From: Naegleria gruberi
Taxonomy: Eukaryota
Length of the DNA stretch: 64,000 nucleotides
Direction: 5' to 3' (one strand)
NCBI GenBank assembly: GCA_000004985.1
Contig: GG738849.1
The notes beneath the pieces are model-generated. The model did not search any database. It saw nothing but the letters and a program-made list of their open reading frames with translations, and was not told the origin of the DNA. The translations under genes were made by a program, and so were the position numbers. Position 1 is the stretch's first letter, and each line of letters starts with the position of its first letter. Of this stretch, positions 9,743 through 20,568 are shown in pieces.

Positions 9743-11071
9743 ATGGTCGAAAGATTCCGTAACAAGAAGAAGCACACTACCAAGTCTGTGGATACAGTTG
9801 GAAAGTTGAGAAAGTTAAAAAAACATTATCCAGAATTAACCGGACCATTTAAACCAACAGCTGGTTTTACTAAACAACCTGAAGTAGTACAATCAAATAT
9901 TTCTAATGAAGAGGAATTGAGGTTACAAAGAGTATTGGCTGAAAATCCACTCTCATATGATGCCCGTACAAAACTTAAAAGAGAAACTTCCAAAAGAGAA
10001 TTCCGTGATGATTTGAGCCGATTAACTAAACAAGATGAAGCTAAATTTCAATTATCATTCACTCCAAAAGCAATTGAATCCGAAGTAAAAGCAAAGGAAG
10101 AAAAATATGCAAATACATCATGTGAAAAAGCTGACAAGAATAATCAACAGAGAGATATGTTCAGAGTGAAAAAACATGAAAAGAAACCAGTCACATTCTC
10201 TACAGGAAATGTTAAAAAGAGATTGATTGGACAAGTAGAAGGTGATCCATTGATTGGATTCTGGCAAGGAACTGATTTAACCAAGAGAAGAAAGCCATCT
10301 GAACCACAACAAGATATTGTTGAACAAGTTAAGAATGCTGTCTATAATCCGACTACTGGTCAATCATACAATCCAACTCTTAAAGAATATAAGAAGGCTT
10401 TGGAAATGGCTTCTAAGGGTGAATCAAAGATTTTCAATAGATTGGATAATATTTTGGATCAACTTACAAATAGAGATGATGATGCCGCAAATATTTCCAT
10501 AAAATCTATACGTATGGAAGACTTTTTAGCTAAAACACCAATTGAGAATAATGAAGAACCAACCGAGGAAAATAATGAAACAAAGGAAAAACAAAAGCCA
10601 AAATTCTTGAAAAAGAAAAAGATTCTTTCACTCACAAAGAGAAAGGGTCTGAGAAAACATAAGGGTGATTTGATTAGATCCCTCGTTAAAAAGAAGAGAG
10701 CTGCTGAAGAAACTGTCAATGTTACAAAATTGGGTAAAAAATTATTGCGACACAGAATGGACTATGAAAAGAGTATTCCAAAGATTCAAGAAAGACGTTT
10801 GAAGGAGCATTTGAAAAAGATCAGAAAAGTTCCAGTTCAAAGATCTGACGATGTCATGATTAATGATGATAAGGATATTGAAGAAGCCTTCCATACTCAA
10901 CCAAAAGATGAATCTCAAACACTCTCTTCTGTTTCCTCATTCAGAACAATGCAAAGTGGTAATTCACTTTCACTTTGGTCATCCATGACAAGAAGATTCC
11001 ACGATACAAAGACTGTTCACATTCAACCATATTCTAAAGGTCACATGAAAGTTGGCAATTACACAATATAA
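9743..11071 (+). CDS. NOP53: NOP53/GLTSCR2-like ribosome biogenesis protein
   Basis: 442-aa basic protein. It contains TGQSYNPTLKEYKKALE (the family's GxSYNP motif), K/R-rich tracts, and a C-terminal S.R..Q.GN.L block resembling the Nop53 C-terminus. Confidence 0.55.
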   Translation: MVERFRNKKKHTTKSVDTVGKLRKLKKHYPELTGPFKPTAGFTKQPEVVQSNISNEEELRLQRVLAENPLSYDARTKLKRETSKREFRDDLSRLTKQDEAKFQLSFTPKAIESEVKAKEEKYANTSCEKADKNNQQRDMFRVKKHEKKPVTFSTGNVKKRLIGQVEGDPLIGFWQGTDLTKRRKPSEPQQDIVEQVKNAVYNPTTGQSYNPTLKEYKKALEMASKGESKIFNRLDNILDQLTNRDDDAANISIKSIRMEDFLAKTPIENNEEPTEENNETKEKQKPKFLKKKKILSLTKRKGLRKHKGDLIRSLVKKKRAAEETVNVTKLGKKLLRHRMDYEKSIPKIQERRLKEHLKKIRKVPVQRSDDVMINDDKDIEEAFHTQPKDESQTLSSVSSFRTMQSGNSLSLWSSMTRRFHDTKTVHIQPYSKGHMKVGNYTI

Positions 11072-11325
11072 AATATTTAAATTATTTAAAAAACTAAATT
11101 GTAAATTTTAACTTTTAAACTTTTTTTAAATAGAAAAATCATCTTTTTTCACATTGTCAAATTTGGAAAATAATTTAAAAATCCAATAAAAATTATTTAA
11201 AACATCCTCTAAGATTTCCTGAGATGAAATATTACATTGAACTATTTGAAATTTAAATTAAATAATTATATTTTTATTACAACAATATCGTTTTGAAAAT
11301 TTGAAAAAACTCTAGTACATTCAAC

Positions 11326-12093
11326 TTAGTCCTTCTTGGCCAACTTGAGATGCTTTCTGTGTTCTTGTGGAATAAAGTCCAAATTAATAGTATTCTTATT
11401 CTTGTCAGTGACAATATTTTCAGTGGAGGTAGTGGTGGAAGAAGCAGAGGAAGCACCAAAGACCTTCTTGTATTGTGGAGTACCCTTGAACAAGTACCAA
11501 GCACCGAAAGCCATCAAACCCAACATACCGAAGAGGGAAATGTAGGAGAAGACAGTTTCAAAATCAGCAGATTCAGCAGCTTCAACAAATTGAATAGTTT
11601 GATTGAAGAAAGTGGTGGAGAAGGTATCGTTTTCAACATTCAAATAAAAGACATCAACCATGACGGTATATTCACGGGAATCCAACATCTTTTCTGGAGT
11701 GAACTTGTAGGAGAAGGTAGCAGTTTCTTCTGGACCAACAGTAACGTTTTGGAGAGCACCAGTAAAGTTTTGAACAATGTAAGGTTGATCTTGATTCATG
11801 AGGAGGTAACCACGGATGAATTGGACGCTGAATGGAAGATCACCAGTGTTCAAGAAACCCAAAACGACTTCAGTTTCCTTGCCTAATTCAACAGTCTTTT
11901 GATCTTGATTTAACAATGCATATGGAACAACATCAGGTGAGGAAATGTATCCTTGTGTATCTTGTTCTTCAAGAATAGGTTCATCTTTAATTTCTTCCTC
12001 TTCTTGAGCTCTAATTCCTACGAAAAATAAAGTTGAGATGAGCAAAGCTCCTATCAAGAACAACACGGTGCGTTTTGTGTTGAAATACTTCAT
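11326..12093 (-). CDS. SSR1: translocon-associated protein alpha subunit (TRAP-alpha/SSR1)-like
   Basis: Signal peptide, then an acidic stretch (QEEEEIKDEPILEEQD). A beta-sandwich region follows (VELGKETEVVLGFLNTGDLPFSVQFIRGYL..TATFSYKFTP). There is a single C-terminal TM (FSYISLFGMLGLMAFGAWYLF). Confidence 0.55.
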   Translation of the reverse strand: MKYFNTKRTVLFLIGALLISTLFFVGIRAQEEEEIKDEPILEEQDTQGYISSPDVVPYALLNQDQKTVELGKETEVVLGFLNTGDLPFSVQFIRGYLLMNQDQPYIVQNFTGALQNVTVGPEETATFSYKFTPEKMLDSREYTVMVDVFYLNVENDTFSTTFFNQTIQFVEAAESADFETVFSYISLFGMLGLMAFGAWYLFKGTPQYKKVFGASSASSTTTSTENIVTDKNKNTINLDFIPQEHRKHLKLAKKD

Positions 12094-12408
12094 GATGATA
12101 TTGATGTATTTTTTTGTGTGTTATTACAATTTTTTTTTAAAGTGATGACGAGAAGAGAGTGCAAGCCAAAAAATGACTCTCTCTTCCTGCCTTCACAAGT
12201 ACACGTCATTTTATCACTTCCATGAGTGAGCTGCAATAAGCTGTGGTCACTTCAATTATTGGCAAAGCTTTGATATGGACTTGGAGAGTGATTGGTGGCA
12301 TTAAGAGGTTTTTCAAACTGTACTCACATGGAAAGTGCATTGGATTATAATTGTGTTAATATAAAGAGAAGGTTAGGAGATTTTGAAACATTACTTTATT
12401 GAAAGAAT

Positions 12409-13857
12409 TTACAATTCCAAATCATCATCTGGATCATCTTCTTCATATTCATCATCAGAATCAATGATAATGAATCCTTGATTTTGTTTTCTTTGCTCTT
12501 GTGGTGTCAAATTTGAATGGTTAGTGAGACCTTCCTTCATAAATGGCAGTTCAAGAGTTTCTCTAGCTCTCTTTTCCTTTTCTGTGAGGCCAATCTTGAA
12601 AGTTACTTGGTTTTCAATGTCTTCTTTTGTCATTGGTCTATCCATACGATTTTGTCTGGCCTTTTCCTTCTCTCTTTCATCAAAGGTATCCAAAAGTGAA
12701 AGTCCACTCTTTCTAACTCCTCCACTCATTGAGCTACCACTAGTATTATTGTGAGAACAATTTGGACCATGTACATGCTCCTCTCCAATAGTAATGTGTC
12801 TCTTTTCTCCAACATGTCTTTTAACTCCAGATTGTTGAGTGGTTGTCACATTTTGTTGTTGAGGCTTTTCCTCTTCTTCATCGTGATGCTTTTCACTCTT
12901 GACCTTCTTTTGTCTCTTGGCAATGAATGGATGCTTGACATGAGTCATTGCACCTTCATCATCACTAGTTGCACTGATTTTATAATATTCCTCATTGAAA
13001 AGTAATTTTCCTCCAAGTCTCAAACTATGAATGTCACATTTGAAATCAATTGCTGCAATGTTGAGTATTTTTTCTTCCAATTCTTCTTCGTCTTGATTTG
13101 ATCCTTCAACAGGGAAATAAAAAGTTTCATCTTGATCCATATCCTCTGAGGCAATAATTGAAATTATACCCTGAGCATGGAGTTTGTATTGTTCAACTAC
13201 ATTCTTTGGATGTGTATCTGTATGAACTACACTCACTACAGAACAAACTCTACTATCTTGAGAATTACTCAATTGAAGAAGTTTTTGTACAAGTTGGAAT
13301 GCTGGACTATCTCCAAACCAAAATGCAAGAGCACTCAATGAATTAATAACTACTATAACCTTCTTTTTCTTACTAGAATCCGATGATGACCATTGTGATG
13401 TCAAAATTGAATTAATATATTTGTACAAATCATTAGCCTTTTCAAAATCTGTTGAATCAACACGAATGACCAACTTGTCACTCTCATCAGTGGATTTTTT
13501 AAAAGTTGCATGATATCTATTCATATCCTGTTGAAGTCTTTTAGGAATTGCTTGTTTATAATCTCCAGCATCAATAATTAATAATCGTAAATCTTGTTTT
13601 TGATTTTTCAAAATATCATCCTCCGAGAGTTTGTTTGATTTAGAATTATTCTTTTGTGGTTGTTCATTTTCATCATCACTGTGATTATCATTCAACATTA
13701 AATCCTCTTCCAAACTGGCATTTGAAGTTGCTGATGAAATCACTCTCTTTACAATCTTATTCAATAGGAATGGAACATGTGATTTACTGTTGCAATTTCC
13801 AAGAATCAATAGGTTTGGATATTGTTCCGAGTGTAACAATAATTGTTGAAGAAACAT
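12409..13857 (-). CDS. ELP5: Elongator complex subunit 5 (ELP5/IKI1)-like
   Basis: The C-terminus VTFKIGLTEKEKRARETLELPF..FIIIDSDDEYEEDDPDDDLEL matches the ELP5 tail as I recall it (..LRLSEEEREARD.L.LPF..DEEDPDDDLDI). The N-terminal region is RecA-like. Confidence 0.6.
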   Translation of the reverse strand: MFLQQLLLHSEQYPNLLILGNCNSKSHVPFLLNKIVKRVISSATSNASLEEDLMLNDNHSDDENEQPQKNNSKSNKLSEDDILKNQKQDLRLLIIDAGDYKQAIPKRLQQDMNRYHATFKKSTDESDKLVIRVDSTDFEKANDLYKYINSILTSQWSSSDSSKKKKVIVVINSLSALAFWFGDSPAFQLVQKLLQLSNSQDSRVCSVVSVVHTDTHPKNVVEQYKLHAQGIISIIASEDMDQDETFYFPVEGSNQDEEELEEKILNIAAIDFKCDIHSLRLGGKLLFNEEYYKISATSDDEGAMTHVKHPFIAKRQKKVKSEKHHDEEEEKPQQQNVTTTQQSGVKRHVGEKRHITIGEEHVHGPNCSHNNTSGSSMSGGVRKSGLSLLDTFDEREKEKARQNRMDRPMTKEDIENQVTFKIGLTEKEKRARETLELPFMKEGLTNHSNLTPQEQRKQNQGFIIIDSDDEYEEDDPDDDLEL

Positions 13858-14154
13858 TTTTTTAATTCTTAAAATTTATTAATAATTTTCTTAGAACGTT
13901 CGTTACTAGAAGAAAAGTGCATTATTGAATTGTAAGAATGTTTGTTATTCAACTGTTATTACTGAGTAAGCTTGAACAATAGCATGAGTAATTTAGTATT
14001 TTAATATATTTTTCTCTTTATTCAATCATGTTAAAAAACACCCCATGATGAAGAATCTTTGAGTTTTTAATAATAATTTAGGTTAAAATTGTGTCGAAAA
14101 TTTAGAGTCATTCGAAAATGTATTGTTGTGTGGTAGATTAACTTGTTGGGTTAT

Positions 14155-14800
14155 TTACTTTTGGGAGAGCTTTGAACCAACATAAGTGTACCACCATGAG
14201 AAACAAATGGCAACTATTAGAAGTGAGTCAATCAATTAAGTGAAAAATATTCAGCAGAATAAGCAAAAAAGTTTCAATATCAAACATTAAAGATAATTTC
14301 AAAACATACCTGGAGTACCAATCATGAAAGTCATCCAAGCAGCAACAGCAGCCTTCTTTGGTGGACCATCTGTATTTGAAAAAAGTAGTAATCATTTAAT
14401 GGTATCCAAGAAAAATAAAGTGTTGAGAATCCCAAGTAAATGTGGCAGGTTTGTCCATTGACATACATTAGAAAGATAAACATGAATAATAACACATTAA
14501 ACAGAGCATTAGAAGCACGAATAAACAAATGAAAGTTATTATTAATGTACTTACTGGTAAACATGACCAACTAATTATTGTCATCCACATGGAATTTAAA
14601 TGCACAAAAGAGGGTAGTAGTATAAAAAGAATCCCGTAAAGAAAGCGAGTTTTTGAAAGGTTTAGTCAATTGTTTATCCATAAGCAGCATGAATATTAAA
14701 GATATAAAGATAAGAAACATACTTCGTGGTGGTGGTCATGGGCATCATGTCCTCTTCTTGGCAAGTTTCTGGCAGCACTTCTAATAAATCTGTTGAGCAT
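14155..14800 (-). CDS. small (about 70 aa) single-TM protein with a presequence-like N-terminus, possibly a respiratory-chain small subunit (COX7-like)
   Basis: Four exons: 14800..14723, 14570..14555 (16 nt), 14369..14310 and 14213..14155. Introns are 152, 185 and 96 nt with GTATGT or GTAAGT donors. Product: MLNRFIRSAARNLPRRGHDAHDHHHELVMFTNGPPKKAAVAAWMTFMIGTPGVAICFSWWYTYVGSKLSQK. Confidence 0.5.
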
Positions 14801-15491
14801 CTTTTTTTTAAATGTTTTACAAAATGCAGAATAGGACGAAAACACTTTTGAAGCGGAATACTTTGAGAATCCTCTGTAGTTTTGCTTCTATGGTTGAGTT
14901 GAAGCTGTGTTTGATTGTGTGATTACCCGTTCAAACAAGGAGCCGAAATTATTGCCAATAACCACAAAAATTGGATTGATTTGGAATGAAAAACCGTAAG
15001 GCAACTAATTTCAATTGAAAAATGTATTAAGGATTCTCAAAATGTTTGTTATTATCTTTGTGTTGGTGTGATTCTTTCTCAAATTGCTTAATATTTAAGG
15101 AGAAATGACTTCTTAATTGAGAATTTTGATTGAGTCGTATCGTCCCTCCTTATTGATGGAGACTTATTAATTTATCACCGAATTGAGAACAAATTTTGAG
15201 GCAAACAATTGAGACACTTCTTTTCTTTCAGTTATTGAATGTTCTAATTGTTGAAAGTTTACAAAGATTTAATTTCTTCTTGTAAATAATAAGATAGTTT
15301 TTGGAATTTTCTATACTCTTGATAGAGTTGACATATTATCTATTGTTGAGCGAGTAATTGAAAAGCATGTGGCTATGAAAAATGTTCATAACTAATATAG
15401 AGATTAAAAATTAATTTAAAAATTAAATTAAAAAAATACCGTTACTTCGTGTCCTATTGAAGAACTGACAATATAACAACAAGAATAAAAA

Positions 15492-16357
15492 ATGGGTAAG
15501 AGAAGAAGAAAGAATAACAAAAAATCTAACGAAGATGAATCCCTTGATCAAAAATTGGAGGAAAGACTTTCAAAAACATGGTGTTATTATTGTGATAGAG
15601 AATTTGATGATGAAGCCATTCTTATTCAACATCAAAAAACAAAACATTTTAAATGCCCATACTGTCCAAAGAAACTTGTCAGTGTAAAGGGAATGAAAAC
15701 TCACGTACTTCAGGTACACAAGGAGAATATTAATTTTATTCCAAATGCTAAACCTGAAAGAAATACATTTGATTTTGAAATTCAAGGTATGCAAGGAATA
15801 CCAGATTATATTATTTTGGAAAGACAAAAGAAGTTGGAAATTGAAATTTTCGGACAATCAGACATTCAAACTGAAGGAGAACATTTACCTGGTTCAATCT
15901 TCTCCTCAGCAACAGATGAAACCGTAACTAGTAATAATAATTTAATTAATAATTCTCACCAAGATTCTGAACAAGAAGAAGATGCAGAAGAAGGTTCTTC
16001 AAATAATCAAGAATTTGAACCTGAAAATAAGAAGTTGAAATTAACTTCCGATGATAATGCCCAACAGCAACAACCATCATCTGTGTCCTTCTCCTTACAA
16101 AAGAAGTCTAAAATTTCAGCACCACCAACAATTTATAGTGCTGCTCCTGTTATTCACAAAAACTTACAAAGTGATATTTCCGCTACTATTAATGATATTT
16201 CTAAGGAATCAGGAGTTAATAATGAGGAAAGTAAGTTAAACGACAACACACAAATATAATCAAAAAAGTCACTTCATCATCCTATCTTGTTTACAATGAT
16301 TCTCTTTCCATGGAAGAGAGAAGAGCATTAGACATGAATAATGACAGAAACTATTAG
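15492..16357 (+). CDS. ZNF207: ZNF207/BuGZ (BUB3-interacting C2H2 zinc-finger protein)
   Basis: [60 protein letters not shown] is near-colinear with the ZNF207 N-terminus. Exon 1 is 15492..16230, the GTAAGT..AAG intron is 16231..16268, and exon 2 is 16269..16357 (..[15 protein letters not shown]..). Confidence 0.85.
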
Positions 16358-16545
16358 GCAATTCCGTAAGTTTTACTGAAAATTGATTCAATAAAGGATT
16401 GATGAATATGTGTACTTGCTCAATTTAATTGTCTTGCTTTTATTTTCACTATTCTTGTTTAATTTACTAATAAATAAATATACTAATTTCAAAATTAAAT
16501 TTTAATTAAATCCGATATGTTTTTTTTAATAATAAATTAATTTAT

Positions 16546-17098
16546 TTAAGCAATAGTAAAATTGAAAGAAACACAAGCAATTTCCTTGGTCTTGGAAGCG
16601 TCAGCATAGGCAGATGCAACAGTATTATAGGTTCCTGGGAAGGCGAATGATGGAATGGAATTTTGAATAGTGATGGCCTTGGTTCCTGGAGTGATTGGAC
16701 AACCACCAGAGACAGACTATTATTGTTTAAACTTTAATACACGAATCATGATGAAATACAAACCTTGCACAAATCATAAGTAAATTCAAACAATCTGACA
16801 CCTGATAAGTAAATATCAGCATACAAAATACCTGATGGAACAGTAGCAGATACGGTACCCTAGTTATGTGTCAATCAATGATTTTTTGATCATTAAATAT
16901 GATGATAATCAATTTACTTACGGTAGCAACAGCAACTAAAGTGTCACCAGCCTTTGGTTTGGCTGGAGTAATATCCAATGATTGTGGGAAGAAAACACCA
17001 TTACTCATACATTGTTTGAAAGGAGCTGGGTCTGCGCTAACCATCATTACAGTGGCAATCAAACAGACTAAGAGAATTGAGAGGATAATTTTGGCCAT
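16546..17098 (-). CDS. ML-domain (MD-2-related lipid-recognition, NPC2-like) secreted protein
   Basis: Signal peptide MAKIILSILLVCLIATVMMVSA. Exons are 17098..16922, 16859..16764 and 16716..16546. Introns are 62 nt (GTAAGT) and 47 nt (GTTTGT). The conserved Cys pattern is ..FKQC..DLCK..GGCPI..IACVSF. Confidence 0.7.
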
Positions 17099-17306
17099 TT
17101 TTTAAAGGGTTGTGAGGTGAAAAATCTATGCAAAATCCTTATCCTGACTTTTCTACTTTAAAAATAGAAGCAGAAATGGAAGAGCAAAGATTCTATTTCT
17201 ATTAAGAATTCTCCTTATGTGAACTAACCTAATTTTCAATTCTAATAAGTTTCCTAATCTTAGGATGGTTGTTTGATACACATGATTTTGAGAGTAATGA
17301 GTGTAA

Positions 17307-17377
17307 GCATTAGTAGTGTAACGGTATCATACCAGCCTTCCAAGCTGGTGACCCGGGTTCGACTCCCGGCTAATGCA
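17307..17377 (+). tRNA. tRNA-Gly (anticodon UCC)
   Basis: GCATTAGTAGTGTAACGGTATCATACCAGCCTTCCAAGCTGGTGACCCGGGTTCGACTCCCGGCTAATGCA. The 7-bp acceptor stem is GCATTAG/CTAATGC and the anticodon loop is CTTCCAA. The T-arm is GGGTTCGACTCCC, and T-runs lie 5-14 nt downstream. Confidence 0.95.
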
Positions 17378-17381
17378 ATAA

Positions 17382-17391
17382 TTTTGTTTTT
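17382..17391 (+). terminator. Pol III terminator T-runs after tRNA-Gly
   Basis: TTTTGTTTTT begins 5 nt after the tRNA 3' end. Confidence 0.5.
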
Positions 17392-17588
17392 AAACGATGC
17401 TGGTTTGGATTTGTTCAAAATCGAAAATTTTTTGGCCAAGAATGCCACAAGTTGAATTAGAAGACCATTTCCCGTTTTTCGCCTGCGCCGATACTGAAGG
17501 GTCTGAGAATCGGGTGGAAGGGATATTGTAAACAGACTAGAGTTCTGATCAAGTTCTGTAACTTTTAGTTAAATTTATCTTCAAAAAA

Positions 17589-19308
17589 ATGGGTCAATCT
17601 CAAGAGAAAAGTACAAACACATTTTCAAACACTGATTCAAACAATAATATTGATGAAGTGGATGAATTGGAAGAATTAGATAAAATGATTAAATTGGACG
17701 GCTACACTCGAGACACTCCAACACCAGTAATGGATCCAACACTTTCAAAATTATTCCTCGGAGCAAGTAAAGGTAATTTTGATGAAATTCTCAAAATGGA
17801 TCACTCAGAATTGGAGCAATATGTGAATACAACAAACGATGGGGGTGTTACATTGTTATATCTGGCTTGTGAAAATGGAAGGGAAGATGTGATTAAATAC
17901 TTGTTGGCTGTGAAGGGATTGGATGTCAATTTTTTAGTGAGTTTGTTTTTGATAAGCAGTATTTAATGTTTGAATTTTGTCATTCAATTGAAGGAAGTAT
18001 GTAATTTTATATATTTGAATGGTTTCGAATAATGAAAAAGGGAGTAAGTAGTTGAATTACAAGAAAGTTTTAATTTTGTTTAAATACAGTTTGTAAGTAT
18101 ACATTTCTATGTGTTGTTCAGTAATTGAAAAATGAATAGTATGAGGTTGGTTTTTAATTTTCTATTTTTGGTAATTATTATAAAAGAAAAAAACAGTAAG
18201 TTGTAAACAATCAATTATTCTGATCCAACGAATATCTCTCTTTAGAAAAGAGATGGTGTAAGTTACATTTATCGAATCAATTCTTTTCTGAATACATTCA
18301 TATAGCTTGTAAGTATTTCATTTAAAGTTTAATTGGTTGTGAATAACTATTGTTAGGGAGTAAGTATACTTTTCAGTTATTGATATTTATTGTTATAACA
18401 ATATTGTAGAGTGTAAGTTAATAATATTAAACAAATTGTTGTAAAAATTCCAAATATAGAGTGTAAGTCAATCCTAAATTGTATAATTTTTTGATTAAAC
18501 TCTATTAATTCAGACACCTCTATTTGTTTCATGTAAACTTGGGAAAGTAAATATTGTAAAGTTATTGCTTCAAATGCCAGGAATTCAGGTAAATGAGGGC
18601 TTAACATTCAGTTCAGTATACTTGGACTCGTGTGGTCATGTTACAACCAGTCCACTCTATGCTGCATGTCAAGAAGGTCATTTGGAAATTGTAAAATTAT
18701 TATTGGACACTAAATCTATTGATCCTTATCGTGGAGAAGTTCATGATGCTGAAAATGCAATGTCATGTCTTGGAATTTCTATTTACAATGGAAAATGGGA
18801 AATTGCTTCCTTAATACTGAAAAGTATGACGTGTTGTGGTAGAAAGAAATCAGTTTTAATATTTAATAGGGATCCAATATCTGAAATTCTACTTGTATGC
18901 ATGAAAGGAAATGTTCAATTTCTGAAAGATTTATTGGAATCTAAATTGTTTGACCTTGATCACTGCGTAAGTTTCCCCATATTCCATGGAAATTATTCAA
19001 ATATGAATTAGTTTCCTTTGCATTTCTGTATTAAAAATAATGACAAGATTATGGCTAGCTTATTAATTGAGAATGGAGCTTCAACAAGTTTGAAATTTGA
19101 AAGATCAAAAGGATGTGGATATCTATTGTACAGTTTTTGTGGAAGAACATTTGATGATTTTGTAAAAATTAAGGATGGCAAGACTCCAATTGAACTGGCA
19201 AAGGAATTGAGATTTGATATTGGATCCTTGATGGGTGGAAGGTTGAAGAATAATTTGGGTAAATCATTTGACGCATTAAATGATGTCACTATTCAATTTA
19301 AAGAGTAA
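17589..19308 (+). CDS. ankyrin-repeat protein
   Basis: Exon 1 is 17589..17936 (..GGVTLLYLACENGREDVIKYLLAVKGLDVNFL). A microexon/intron ladder spans 17937..18513. The next exon is 18514..18966 (TPLFVSCKLGKVNIVKLLL..SPLYAACQEGHLEIVKLLL..). A 45-nt GTAAGT intron spans 18967..19011. The last exon is 19012..19308 (FPLHFCIKNNDKIMASLLIENGAS..). Confidence 0.7.
17937..18513 (+). other. ladder of about 10 short introns separated by 3-12-nt phase-0 microexons inside the ankyrin gene
   Basis: AG|NNN|GT(A/T)(A/T)GT occurs 7 times, at gaa 17994-96, gga 18041-43, ttt 18090-92, ctt 18306-08, gga 18357-59, agt 18410-12 and agt 18460-62. There is also AG|aaaagagatggt|GTAAGT at 18246-57. The intervening segments are 57, 44, 46, (ambiguous 18093-18245), 48, 48, 50, 47 and 51 nt. 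Confidence 0.6.
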
Positions 19309-19383
19309 ACTTTGGATCTTTACAAAATTTCATTTTATTTCAATTAAATGTACATTATTTACAATATTTATTTACAATTCAAT

Positions 19384-20568
19384 TTACCAAATATTTGGAT
19401 CAGTGTTAGTTTCTAAATCTTTCAATTTGGAAAGTATTGTAATAATTTGGTTACTGACGTATTGATGGAAGGAAATGGCTTTGGTAATTTCAATATCAAA
19501 TGGTTCACCTAGTTGGGATTTGACTTGTTCAAGTTTAGTCAGTTTTTCAATGGATGGCTTGCAATTATTTAACTGATCGATAGCATTGGAAAGGGTTTCA
19601 ATGGATGGATTCTTCAAATCTTTGCATACATTTGAAAAAATTGGGCTAATACTAAAGATGGCATTAAAGAATTCTAATTTTTTAAGATTCTTGGAAGTAT
19701 TATCAACGTGCCTAGAATGAATATCTCTTGTGGATCTTGTATCACGGTACTTGCTCAATAATTGATGAGAAATTTCCAATGAGTTAATAAGTGATTGACA
19801 TGTTTGTGAGAAGGTTTCATTGTTTGAATATGTAGAACTGCCAATAATTGAAAATTTGTGACTACCAGAATTGATTAATTGTTCAATTTGAGAGATAAAC
19901 TTTTGAGCATCTTGATTATGTTGAATGATTGTTGGCAATTCTCTCTTCATTGGTTCGTAGACGGTGGCAACGTGAACTGCTAGACTAAACAATTTTCCAA
20001 TGAGATTAATGATGTTATCGTGATCAACTTTCATATCCTTTGAGATTGGTTTAAATAATGTCAAAGGTTGTCTGTATCCATGAATTTGTTGTGACACAAG
20101 TCTGTGATCAACTGAAGCCAAAGTATTAAATAATTCATATTTCTTCAGGAATGGAATATCAAAATTCTCTGTCAATTCCATCAAATCAATAAATGATTTG
20201 CAACTTGTATGAAATTCATTCAAATTATTCTTGAAATTTTCTACACTTTTTGGATATCTATCAAATTGAGAAATTACTTCTTGTAACTTCTTTATCAAAT
20301 CCTTTCTTTCTTGTCTCAACTCTGGATATTCAGAAAGATCAAATACATCCATCTGCTCCACCTTTTTAAATAACATTTCTCCCATCACTATAATTTCCTT
20401 CAAATTATTAAAATCACATTCATTGGTCTTTTTAATGGCTTGTTGAAGGAGAGCATTTGTTTCGGTTTTGTGTTTTTCAAATTTTTCTTTCACTGTCATC
20501 ACAACTCTTGTTGCCGATGATGATGATGGTGCTGATGGCGAAGGTTGCTGTTTGTAAGTAAAATTCAT
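19384..20568 (-). CDS. hypothetical all-helical protein
   Basis: 394-aa uninterrupted ORF starting at an ATG, with no domain I can name. It is convergent with the ankyrin gene, with 75 nt between the stops. Confidence 0.5.
   Translation of the reverse strand: MNFTYKQQPSPSAPSSSSATRVVMTVKEKFEKHKTETNALLQQAIKKTNECDFNNLKEIIVMGEMLFKKVEQMDVFDLSEYPELRQERKDLIKKLQEVISQFDRYPKSVENFKNNLNEFHTSCKSFIDLMELTENFDIPFLKKYELFNTLASVDHRLVSQQIHGYRQPLTLFKPISKDMKVDHDNIINLIGKLFSLAVHVATVYEPMKRELPTIIQHNQDAQKFISQIEQLINSGSHKFSIIGSSTYSNNETFSQTCQSLINSLEISHQLLSKYRDTRSTRDIHSRHVDNTSKNLKKLEFFNAIFSISPIFSNVCKDLKNPSIETLSNAIDQLNNCKPSIEKLTKLEQVKSQLGEPFDIEITKAISFHQYVSNQIITILSKLKDLETNTDPNIW

Noticed and set aside
13888-13901. Heat-shock-element-like TTCttaGAAcgTTC upstream of ELP5
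   Set aside because: It is only one perfect GAAnnTTC dimer. The third unit has the wrong spacing. The occurrence is isolated, with no chaperone gene nearby.
18093-18245. An exact exon assignment inside the middle of the ankyrin ladder (tatgag, aaaaaaaca)
   Set aside because: The donor GTTGGT is weak and there are several alternative parses, including a single 153-nt intron. This stretch is reported as ambiguous rather than as called microexons.
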